The notes under the pieces: generated by a model
Seen by the model: only the letters and a program-made list of their open reading frames with translations
Told to the model about the DNA's origin: nothing
The model's database searches: none
In this document: piece by piece, positions 7,709 to 15,362 of the stretch
Layout: every line of letters begins with the position of its first letter
How positions within the stretch are numbered: position 1 is the stretch's first letter
Program-made: the position numbers and the translations under genes
Assembly: GCA_036166035.1 (NCBI GenBank)
Contig: JAYZHZ010000001.1
Span: 1 to 37,826 of the forward strand
Reading direction: 5' to 3'
DNA: 37,826 nucleotides
Origin: Bacteroidota bacterium
Lineage (GTDB): Bacteria > Bacteroidota > Bacteroidia > Cytophagales > MED-G16

Positions 7709-9200
7709 ACTTTTTTCTTGAAGTTTCAAGGCCTCTTCTATTGTATTCAATCCATAATCCAGCCTTTAAATTATTATTATAACTACCACTCTGTGATATT
7801 TTACCATTAGTATGAAATTCATGAAAAATACCATTTAAATACCCATTTTTATACGTTGATTTTGTAAAAACTGATCCATTTTCATAATAGTCAAGCAATT
7901 CTCCATTTCCATTTTCAAAAGACCCAATCTCGATTTTATCACCATCTATGGAGTAATAATCAGAGACATGAATTAATCTATTTAATTTATATGTTTCTTC
8001 CTGTTTTAAATTTCCGTTTTTATGAAATCTGCCCCAAAGACCTTCTCTAAGTCCGTTCATGAAACTCCCTATTTCATCTAATTCTCCAGACTCGTAATAA
8101 TATATCCATTGTCCTGATTCATATCCATTATTAAAGCTACCCTCTGAAGATACATAACCTGATCTATGGAAAAATTTCCAGTCACCATTTTGAAAATCAT
8201 TTTCAAAGTTACCAATTGAATAAATATTCCCATCTTCTCGATAAGTTTCCCATATCCCGCTCTTCAAACCTAAGTTAAACTCACCTTTAACACTATATTC
8301 CCCATTAGGAAGATATTCATAGTAAATACTATCCAGTAGATTATTCTTATAAAAAGAAACTTTTGATAACCTTCCATTATAATAGTATTCTCTGAAATTA
8401 CCGGTTTTTACTCCATTAATATAATTTTCTTCTTTCTGAATTGTTTGAGATTCTGGATAATAATATACCCACTTAGAATGTGGAACATCATTTTTATATC
8501 TTTTTTCATAAGATTTCTTTTTAAAAAATCCATACTCAGTCCAAACACTATCCTTGAGACCAAGTTTATAGAAACCTGTCAACGCTACTCTTCCATTATA
8601 ATAATACTCCGTATATTCTCCATTAATTTTATTCTCTACATAATTTGCTTTAGAAACCAGTGTTCCAAACTTATCATATGTAATTAAGTCTCCATGCAAC
8701 TCACCTCTGACATTATAGTTAGAAACTTCTTTAATTCTACCACTGGAGAAATAATAGTTCCATTGTTTATATCTTTTACCTTCCAACATCGCTCCCTCTG
8801 TCTCTAATATTCCATCAGAAAAATACGTTTTCCATAATTTATTTTGTTTATTATTTAAAAAAACACCAGAAATTTTAACTTGACCATTACTATAATATTC
8901 TACAAAAACACCATCTAGATTCCCCTCCTCAGAATAATTATAATGAGCCATTAATTTTCCATTTTTATAAAACAAATACCATTTGCCAATAGGAACTAAT
9001 TTATCAAATTTTCCTTTAACCCTTATGTTACCATCTTCATCGACTGATATGTATGTTCCATCATTAGATTTTTCTCCTTTTTTGTATAAAGAAACTATTT
9101 CTGGATCAGAAACAGGTATAAATAATTTTTGAGCAAAACTATTTTCAATAGCTAATAAAAAAAGAAAATATAAAAAAACTTTTCTATGTAAGATTACCAT
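7701..9200 (-). CDS. secreted MORN-variant (YwqK-like) repeat protein
   Basis: About 20 tandem ~23-aa units of the type 'G.W..YY.NG.......Y.NG..'. The ATG at 9200 gives the signal peptide 'MVILHRKVFLYFLFLLAIENSFAQ', whereas the track start at 9251 runs into fabH. Confidence 0.8.
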   Translation of the reverse strand: MVILHRKVFLYFLFLLAIENSFAQKLFIPVSDPEIVSLYKKGEKSNDGTYISVDEDGNIRVKGKFDKLVPIGKWYLFYKNGKLMAHYNYSEEGNLDGVFVEYYSNGQVKISGVFLNNKQNKLWKTYFSDGILETEGAMLEGKRYKQWNYYFSSGRIKEVSNYNVRGELHGDLITYDKFGTLVSKANYVENKINGEYTEYYYNGRVALTGFYKLGLKDSVWTEYGFFKKKSYEKRYKNDVPHSKWVYYYPESQTIQKEENYINGVKTGNFREYYYNGRLSKVSFYKNNLLDSIYYEYLPNGEYSVKGEFNLGLKSGIWETYREDGNIYSIGNFENDFQNGDWKFFHRSGYVSSEGSFNNGYESGQWIYYYESGELDEIGSFMNGLREGLWGRFHKNGNLKQEETYKLNRLIHVSDYYSIDGDKIEIGSFENGNGELLDYYENGSVFTKSTYKNGYLNGIFHEFHTNGKISQSGSYNNNLKAGLWIEYNRRGLETSRKKYD

Positions 9201-10195
9201 CTTATTAATGCTGAAGCCCATGTGAATCCACTTCCAAATGCTGCCAGACATAATATATCACCAGGTTTTAATTTACCTTCATTTATTGCTTCCTTTAATG
9301 CAATAGGAATAGATGCAGCAGTTGTATTTCCATATTTCATTATATTATTAAATACTTGATCATCAGATAACCCTAATCTTTTTTGAATGAATTGACTTAT
9401 TCTTAAATTAGCCTGATGTGGTATCAATAATGATATATCATCTGGTTTTAGTTTAGAGTGTTTTAGTGCTTCGAATATAACTTGTTCAAATCTCACTACT
9501 GCATTTTTAAATACAAAATTTCCATTCATATACGGTGCGTAGCCTGTTCCATCTTCATTTTCATCTTTGATTATTTTATCTATCCAAAAAGAAGTTGCAG
9601 GCTTAATTACTGCAAGCTCTTCTGCATGTTTTCCTTCAGAATGAAGATGCGTAGATAAAATTCCGGAATCTGACTCATCAGCAGAAAGTACTACAGCTCC
9701 TGCTCCATCACCAAAAATTACAGATACAGCTCTTCCTCTTGGGGATTTATCCAGACCACCGGAATGAACCTCACTACCTACTATCAAAATATTTTTATAC
9801 ATACCTGACTTTATATATTGATCTGCAATTGATAATGCATAAATAAAACCAGAACATTGATTTCTAACATCTAAAGCTCCAACCTCTCTAATGCCTAAAT
9901 TTCTTTGTAAAAGAACACCTGAACCAGGAAAGAAATAGTCTGGACTAAGAGTAGCAAAAATAATAAAATCTATATCATCCTTAGAAATTCCAGCATCTTC
10001 AATTGCATTCTCAGATGCATAAGTTCCCATCTGGGATGTTGTTAATTTTTCATTATTTACCCATCTTCTTTCCTTAATTCCGGTTCTCTCTTGGATCCAT
10101 TCATCTGAAGTATTCATCATCGATTCTAAATCATTATTCCTTATTACGTTATCAGGAACATAAATACCAACACCAGAAATCTTAGAATTTAGCAT
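9194..10195 (-). CDS. fabH: 3-oxoacyl-[ACP] synthase III
   Basis: 'ISGVGIYVPDNVIRNNDLE...TSDEWIQERTGIKERR', 'NQCSGFIYAL' (active Cys), 'IPHQANLRI' and 'GNTTAASIP'. The ATG at 10195 is preferred to the TTG at 10201. Confidence 0.9.
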   Translation of the reverse strand: MLNSKISGVGIYVPDNVIRNNDLESMMNTSDEWIQERTGIKERRWVNNEKLTTSQMGTYASENAIEDAGISKDDIDFIIFATLSPDYFFPGSGVLLQRNLGIREVGALDVRNQCSGFIYALSIADQYIKSGMYKNILIVGSEVHSGGLDKSPRGRAVSVIFGDGAGAVVLSADESDSGILSTHLHSEGKHAEELAVIKPATSFWIDKIIKDENEDGTGYAPYMNGNFVFKNAVVRFEQVIFEALKHSKLKPDDISLLIPHQANLRISQFIQKRLGLSDDQVFNNIMKYGNTTAASIPIALKEAINEGKLKPGDILCLAAFGSGFTWASALIRW

Positions 10196-10218
10196 AACCA
10201 AAACTAGGTTATTTTTTA

Positions 10219-10911
10219 CTAATCAAAAAGGGAATAATTACCATATTGATTCAAACTTTCTTTTGGTTCTATGAGAGATGCGTCATTATAATTTTTATCA
10301 TCGAAATAAGGTGAAACAGTATAATTATTGAAATGACTAAATTTTATAGGGGATAAGAATGGATATATCTTATCATACGAAGATTTTCTATCAAACCAAA
10401 TATCAAAATATCTCATATCAACAATTAAAGGTGAATTATTTGAAAATGCTTTCCATTCAGATGAAGAAGATGATGTTAAAAAACTAAAATGATAAAATCT
10501 ATTACCAGAAAAATCTTCATATTTCTCTCTAATACCAGCACAATACATCAATTTATCTTTAGTGTATTTAAAGTAGTAAGGTGTTTTTTCTTTAGTATTT
10601 AACTTTTTCCAAAAATAAAATCCATCACATGGAATAAGACATCTGTCAAATTTAAACTGATTAAATAAAACATTACTTCTTTTAACTTTAGATATATCCA
10701 CATTTATCAGTCTGCTTGCTAAAGAATTATTTTTAGACATATCTCTAGTTGATCCCCAGAAAAAATTAGAAATTTCATCATTTTTTGATAAAGTAATTAT
10801 TGGTAGCTTTTTAGTAGGATAAGCATTATATATTGGCTCAAAATTTTCACCATCATTTTTAAATGTTTTTAAAACATAAGACGTATTTACTAGTGTATAC
10901 CTGTCAATCAT
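10219..10911 (-). CDS. SRAP/YedK (DUF159)-fold protein lacking the catalytic residues
   Basis: Collinear by eye with E. coli YedK: 'IYNAYPTKKLPII', 'FFWGS', 'RLINV', 'DRCLIPCDGFYFWKK...KTPYYF' and 'YTVSPYF'. However, the N-terminus is MIDRY, not MCGR. Confidence 0.75.
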   Translation of the reverse strand: MIDRYTLVNTSYVLKTFKNDGENFEPIYNAYPTKKLPIITLSKNDEISNFFWGSTRDMSKNNSLASRLINVDISKVKRSNVLFNQFKFDRCLIPCDGFYFWKKLNTKEKTPYYFKYTKDKLMYCAGIREKYEDFSGNRFYHFSFLTSSSSSEWKAFSNNSPLIVDMRYFDIWFDRKSSYDKIYPFLSPIKFSHFNNYTVSPYFDDKNYNDASLIEPKESLNQYGNYSLFD

Positions 10912-10964
10912 CCAATAAAAATAATAATTTTCTGTAGTTAAATCCTTTAAATAAAATTTTGGAT

Positions 10965-10972
10965 TAAATTTG
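10965..10972 (+). promoter_or_regulatory. candidate -7 promoter element (TAAATTTG) for the E2 / hslV unit
   Basis: Exact TAnnTTTG 17 nt upstream of the ATG at 10989, in a 77-nt divergent gap. Confidence 0.35.
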
Positions 10973-10988
10973 AAGCAAAATAGAAAAT

Positions 10989-12221
10989 ATGGCAGAAATT
11001 ATCAGAATGCCTAAGATGAGTGATACTATGGAGGAGGGTGTCATTGCTGAATGGCTTAAAAAAGTTGGTGATGAAGTAAAATCTGGGGACGTATTAGCTG
11101 AAGTTGAGACAGATAAAGCAACAATGGAATTGGAGTCATACGATGATGGTGTTTTATTACATATAGGAGTAAAAAATGGTGATTCAGTTCCTGTAAATGG
11201 AGTAATTGCAATTATTGGTGATAAAGGTGAAGATGTTGATGATATCCTGAAAAATTTAAATTCAACACCAAATGAAGAAAAAGTAGAAGATATACCAGAA
11301 GAAAAAAAAGAAACCAAATCTGAAGAAACAGTGATAGAAAAAACAAATGATAATGATAGAAAAAGAATAAAAGTTTCACCTCTAGCAAAAAAATTAGCCT
11401 CGGATAAAGGAGTTAATTTATCTGAAGTCTCTGGCTCAGGTGATGGTGGAAGAATTGTAAAAAGTGATATTGAAAACTTTTCTGGCTCTATTGATTCAAT
11501 TGATCAAAAAACTGTAGAACTTCCTAAAATATATTCTAAAGAATCCTTTGAAGAAATACCAGTAACACAAATGAGAAAAACAATATCAAAGAGGTTATCT
11601 GAAAGTAAGTTTTCTTCCCCTCACTTCTATCTTACAATGGAAATTGATATGGAAAATTGCATAAACGGAAGAAAAAAAATAAATGAGTCGTCCGAAAGAA
11701 AAATTTCATTTAATGATATAATCTTAAAAGCTGTAGCTGTTTCACTAAGAAAACACCCCATGGTTAACTCAAGTCTTCTTGATGATAAAATAAGACTCAA
11801 TCATCATATTCATATTGGGGTTGCTGTTGCTGTTGATGATGGATTATTGGTTCCAGTAATTAGATTTGCTGATAACAAATCTTTATCTCATATTTCAATG
11901 GAAGTAAAGGATCTAGCTACTAAAGCTAAGCAGAAGCAACTTCAACCTTCGGATTGGGAGGGAAATACTTTTACTATTTCGAATCTTGGAATGTTTGGAA
12001 TCGATGAGTTTACAGCTATAATTAATCCAAATGATTCATGTATATTAGCAGTTGGTGGAATTAAAAATACTCCAGTAATTAAAAATGGTGAAATAGTACC
12101 AGGAAATATTATGAAAGTAACATTGTCATGTGATCATAGGATTGTTGATGGAGCAACAGGATCAGCATTCCTAAATACCGTTAAGGAATTAATTGAAGAT
12201 CCTATAAAAATATTAGTTTAG
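10989..12221 (+). CDS. 2-oxoacid dehydrogenase complex E2 (dihydrolipoamide acyltransferase), single lipoyl domain
   Basis: Lipoyl site '[13 protein letters not shown]', E3-binding '[34 protein letters not shown]' and catalytic '[10 protein letters not shown]'. Confidence 0.92.
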   Translation: MAEIIRMPKMSDTMEEGVIAEWLKKVGDEVKSGDVLAEVETDKATMELESYDDGVLLHIGVKNGDSVPVNGVIAIIGDKGEDVDDILKNLNSTPNEEKVEDIPEEKKETKSEETVIEKTNDNDRKRIKVSPLAKKLASDKGVNLSEVSGSGDGGRIVKSDIENFSGSIDSIDQKTVELPKIYSKESFEEIPVTQMRKTISKRLSESKFSSPHFYLTMEIDMENCINGRKKINESSERKISFNDIILKAVAVSLRKHPMVNSSLLDDKIRLNHHIHIGVAVAVDDGLLVPVIRFADNKSLSHISMEVKDLATKAKQKQLQPSDWEGNTFTISNLGMFGIDEFTAIINPNDSCILAVGGIKNTPVIKNGEIVPGNIMKVTLSCDHRIVDGATGSAFLNTVKELIEDPIKILV

Positions 12222-12223
12222 AT

Positions 12224-12763
12224 ATGAAAAAGACTAGATCAACAACGGTTTGTGCAGTACTTAAGGATGGTAAAGTAGCAATAGGTGCTGATGGACAAGC
12301 TACAATGGGTAATACTGTAGCAAAAAGTAATGTTAATAAAATTAGAGTTTTACATGAAGGTAAAATTTTAGCAGGTTTTGCTGGATCAACTGCTGATGCA
12401 TTTACACTAATTGAAAGATTTGAAGAAAAACTTAGCAAGTATGGTGGTAATATGAAAAGGTCGGCTATTGAACTCGCAAAAGACTGGAGAATGGATAGAT
12501 ATTTAAGAAGATTGGAAGCAATGATGATAGTTGCTGACAAAACTCAAATATTAGTTGTATCTGGGACTGGTGATGTTTTAGAACCAGATAATAATATAGC
12601 CACAATTGGTTCAGGGAGTATGTATGCACAAGCAGCTGCAATTGCACTTAAAGAAAATAATTCTAAATTAACAGCAGAAGAGATCGTTAAAAAAAGTTTA
12701 TCAATTGCCGCAGATATTTGTATTTATACAAATCATAATATTGTACTAGAAAAATTAGCTTAA
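12224..12763 (+). CDS. hslV: ATP-dependent protease HslV (proteasome-like peptidase subunit)
   Basis: '[26 protein letters not shown]...[13 protein letters not shown]...[17 protein letters not shown]...[12 protein letters not shown]...[10 protein letters not shown]' is near-collinear with E. coli HslV. It starts 2 nt after the E2 stop. Confidence 0.92.
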   Translation: MKKTRSTTVCAVLKDGKVAIGADGQATMGNTVAKSNVNKIRVLHEGKILAGFAGSTADAFTLIERFEEKLSKYGGNMKRSAIELAKDWRMDRYLRRLEAMMIVADKTQILVVSGTGDVLEPDNNIATIGSGSMYAQAAAIALKENNSKLTAEEIVKKSLSIAADICIYTNHNIVLEKLA

Positions 12764-12805
12764 ACTAGAATTAATTAATTTAATAAAATATAAAAACTAT
12801 AAATT

Positions 12806-13321
12806 ATGAAAAAAATCATACTAGTAATAACTCTATTTGCAATAAGCATGGGTTCTTATGCACAAAAAAGTGTAATTAAGTTTAATCCTGTAAGTTTAAT
12901 TTTTGGAGTTGGAAAAGTTACTTATGAAAATGTACTTGATGAAGGTTCATCTTTAGAACTATCATTAACATATTCAAGTTTAGATTTGGGTGAATTATTT
13001 GGAAAAGCTACTGGCCTTGGAGGTCAGGGAAAGTATAAAATATACTTTGCAACTGAAGCTCCTGATGGTTGGTATGTTGCGCCAGCTGTTTCTTATAGCG
13101 CTACTAAGTATTCCAATGATCTTGGAGCAGAATTTGGAATTAACGTATTTGGTCTAGCAGCGTTGTTTGGACATCAATGGGTATTTGGAGATGGAGGTGG
13201 ATTTACTATTGATATAAATACCGGAATTGGATATAACAATGCAAAAATAGAAGGTCTTGCTTCATGGTCTGGTGATGGACTTGTCTATAAAGGAAATATA
13301 TCATTTGGGTGGGCATTCTAA
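12806..13321 (+). CDS. small outer-membrane beta-barrel protein (DUF3575-like)
   Basis: Signal peptide 'MKKIILVITLFAISMGSYAQ', alternating hydrophobic beta-strand pattern, and C-terminal 'ISFGWAF' aromatic OMP terminus. Confidence 0.65.
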   Translation: MKKIILVITLFAISMGSYAQKSVIKFNPVSLIFGVGKVTYENVLDEGSSLELSLTYSSLDLGELFGKATGLGGQGKYKIYFATEAPDGWYVAPAVSYSATKYSNDLGAEFGINVFGLAALFGHQWVFGDGGGFTIDINTGIGYNNAKIEGLASWSGDGLVYKGNISFGWAF

Positions 13322-13345
13322 AAGTTTTTAAAAAAGATGATGATT

Positions 13346-13378
13346 AAAAAAACCTACTTTAAGAGTAGGTTTTTTTTT
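13346..13378. terminator. bidirectional rho-independent terminator
   Basis: Perfect 13-bp stem AAAAAAACCTACT / AGTAGGTTTTTTT (13346-13358 pairs with 13364-13376) with a 5-nt loop TTAAG. It has an A-tract on one side and a T9 tract on the other, between convergent genes. Confidence 0.7.
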
Positions 13379-14435
13379 AGTTTTCAATAGTTATTGAGCC
13401 TACTCCACTAGTAGCCTCCCAAAAATTATAAGAATTTGTTCCATCATCTCCTTTTCTGGAAAACCATTCAGCAGTAGCATCAACCCTGTTCCACTCTTCT
13501 TCAGTCAGTGGGTTATCTGTAAGTACAACTATCAATAACTTAAAATTTTTCTGAGAATTATTATGATTAGGAACTCTTTTACCTAAAAGTTCCTCTAAAG
13601 ATTCTGGAGTGTAAGTTGTTCTTGTAGAAGCAGTAAAATCATAAGCCGTTTGACTAACTATCAAAGATGTTATATCAGAAAACATATCTAAGGTTGAAAC
13701 AGACGAAAGTGGTAACATGCCCATAAGATATAATTCTAATTCATTATAAGGAACCCCATTACCTCCATTTGCAAATGCACCAAAAGGTTCAACAGTATAT
13801 AAGTTGCCTCCATGTTCAATTAATGAACTTTGCTTAAAACCACCAAGTTGTCCCTTACTACTTCCACCAGTAAATCCCCAGTGACCCCAATATGGAAATG
13901 ATGTTAAATTTGTTCCTGTAGAACTTACGTTATGAGTTTCCAGAGCAGAATTTGCCCAATTATGAGCTATTTCATGGAGAGAAGGTCCATACCTTATAAA
14001 TTCCAGTCCAGGTAAGTGCATAACAGACTTTAGTTTACCAGAAGAACCATAATAACTAGAATTATCATAAATGCTTTTTCCTATTCCCTCTACAGCATTA
14101 GAAACTCCAACTAATTTACCATAATATTGAATAGATTGAGGTAAATCGGGTTCATTTAATACTAAGAATATAAAATCATATTTATCTGGAAATTTTTTAT
14201 AAATATCTTGAACGAGGGAGTGTCTTTTCTCATCATTTGAAAAATCATCATTATTTATCCAACTACTATATTCACTATTTGTCATTAGTAAAGAAGAAAC
14301 TCTATTGTTAGAATGCAATTCAAATTCATGGATTGTTTCACCATCAGGGTATGGCAATACTTCATCATCAGCACTATTACACGTGACAAGTAATAACAAG
14401 AAAGAAAAAATAAGAATTCTATTATCAATCTTCAT
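13377..14435 (-). CDS. lipoprotein with HExxH motif (putative zinc metallopeptidase-like, family not recognised)
   Basis: Lipobox 'LLLLVTC' at residues 15-21. The single HExxH is 'SLHEIAHNWAN', followed by 'PYWGHWGF'. No further family assignment is possible by eye. Confidence 0.6.
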   Translation of the reverse strand: MKIDNRILIFSFLLLLVTCNSADDEVLPYPDGETIHEFELHSNNRVSSLLMTNSEYSSWINNDDFSNDEKRHSLVQDIYKKFPDKYDFIFLVLNEPDLPQSIQYYGKLVGVSNAVEGIGKSIYDNSSYYGSSGKLKSVMHLPGLEFIRYGPSLHEIAHNWANSALETHNVSSTGTNLTSFPYWGHWGFTGGSSKGQLGGFKQSSLIEHGGNLYTVEPFGAFANGGNGVPYNELELYLMGMLPLSSVSTLDMFSDITSLIVSQTAYDFTASTRTTYTPESLEELLGKRVPNHNNSQKNFKLLIVVLTDNPLTEEEWNRVDATAEWFSRKGDDGTNSYNFWEATSGVGSITIEN

Positions 14436-14458
14436 AATATGAAATTAATGATTATATA

Positions 14459-15352
14459 TTAAAGTTCTCTAACCCAAATATTTCTAAAACTAACTAAATT
14501 ACTGTGATCTTGTAATTTTATTGGAAGTTTAGAAGGGTGAGCTTTATACTCTGGATATCCTATAAATTTAACATACCCCTGAATTTGGACATTATTTTGA
14601 ATTAAGACTCCATTATGAAATACTGTTACATAAGCTGGGGATTCTAAATTACCACTTTCACTAAAAACAGGTGCTTTGAATATTATATCATATGCCTGCC
14701 ATTCACCTGGCTTTTTTGACGCATTTACTAGTGGTATGTGTTGTTTATAAACACTTCCAGCTTGACCGTTTGAGTATGTTCTGTTGTTATATGAATCTAA
14801 TACCTGTATTTCATAACCTGTGTCACCTGGTCTATCAGGATCTTCCATAAAATAAACTCCACTGTTTCCTCTGCCCTGTCCTTCACTAACTATTACAGAT
14901 GGAGTCATGAACTCAATGTGAAGTTGACAGCTTCCAAATGATTGCTTAGTTAGAATACTACCTGAACCCGGTTTTACGGTAAAATAACCTTCATTCAAAT
15001 CCCAATTAGCAGGTTCTCCATCTTTATGAATCCAATTATTAAGATTCGAACCGTCAAACAATACAATTGCATCAGAAGGTGCATCACTAAAAGAATTACC
15101 AGGATCTACAACTTTTGGTTCTGGATCCCATAACTCTGTAACTTTTGGTTCAATTTCTCTTCTTTGCATAATAGCTTGAAGTTCATCTTTATTTTGACAT
15201 GGGAAAAAATAAGTACTACCATTAATATTAGATTCAAAATAACCTTCACAACCAATTATTTTTGCATAATATTCTGCAGTTTCTTTATTTTCAAAACCTT
15301 TTAAATCATTTTGATTAGTTATTAGAACAAGGGATATTATAAATGTTATCAT
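14459..15352 (-). CDS. DUF1080 (3-keto-disaccharide hydrolase-like, concanavalin fold) protein with N-terminal Cys mini-domain
   Basis: 'LFDGSNLNNW...WDLNEGYFTV...GSILTKQSFGSCQLHIEF...GNSGVYF...YEIQVLDS...GQAGSVYKQ...PGEWQAYDIIF...VTVFHNGVLIQNN...IKLQDHSNLVSFRNIWVREL' is the canonical DUF1080 pattern. The N-terminus carries 'AEYYAKIIGCEGYF...YFFPC'. Confidence 0.8.
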   Translation of the reverse strand: MITFIISLVLITNQNDLKGFENKETAEYYAKIIGCEGYFESNINGSTYFFPCQNKDELQAIMQRREIEPKVTELWDPEPKVVDPGNSFSDAPSDAIVLFDGSNLNNWIHKDGEPANWDLNEGYFTVKPGSGSILTKQSFGSCQLHIEFMTPSVIVSEGQGRGNSGVYFMEDPDRPGDTGYEIQVLDSYNNRTYSNGQAGSVYKQHIPLVNASKKPGEWQAYDIIFKAPVFSESGNLESPAYVTVFHNGVLIQNNVQIQGYVKFIGYPEYKAHPSKLPIKLQDHSNLVSFRNIWVREL

Positions 15353-15362
15353 CGTATATAAT

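Noticed and set aside
7272-8687. Plus-strand ORFs 7272..7481 and 8445..8687.
   Set aside because: They are antisense shadows inside cmk and the MORN-repeat gene.
10964-12647. Minus-strand ORFs 10964..11317 (117 aa), 12202..12540 (112 aa) and 12465..12647.
   Set aside because: They are Ser/Thr/Ile-rich antisense frames of the E2 lipoyl domain and hslV, both of which are unambiguous on the plus strand.
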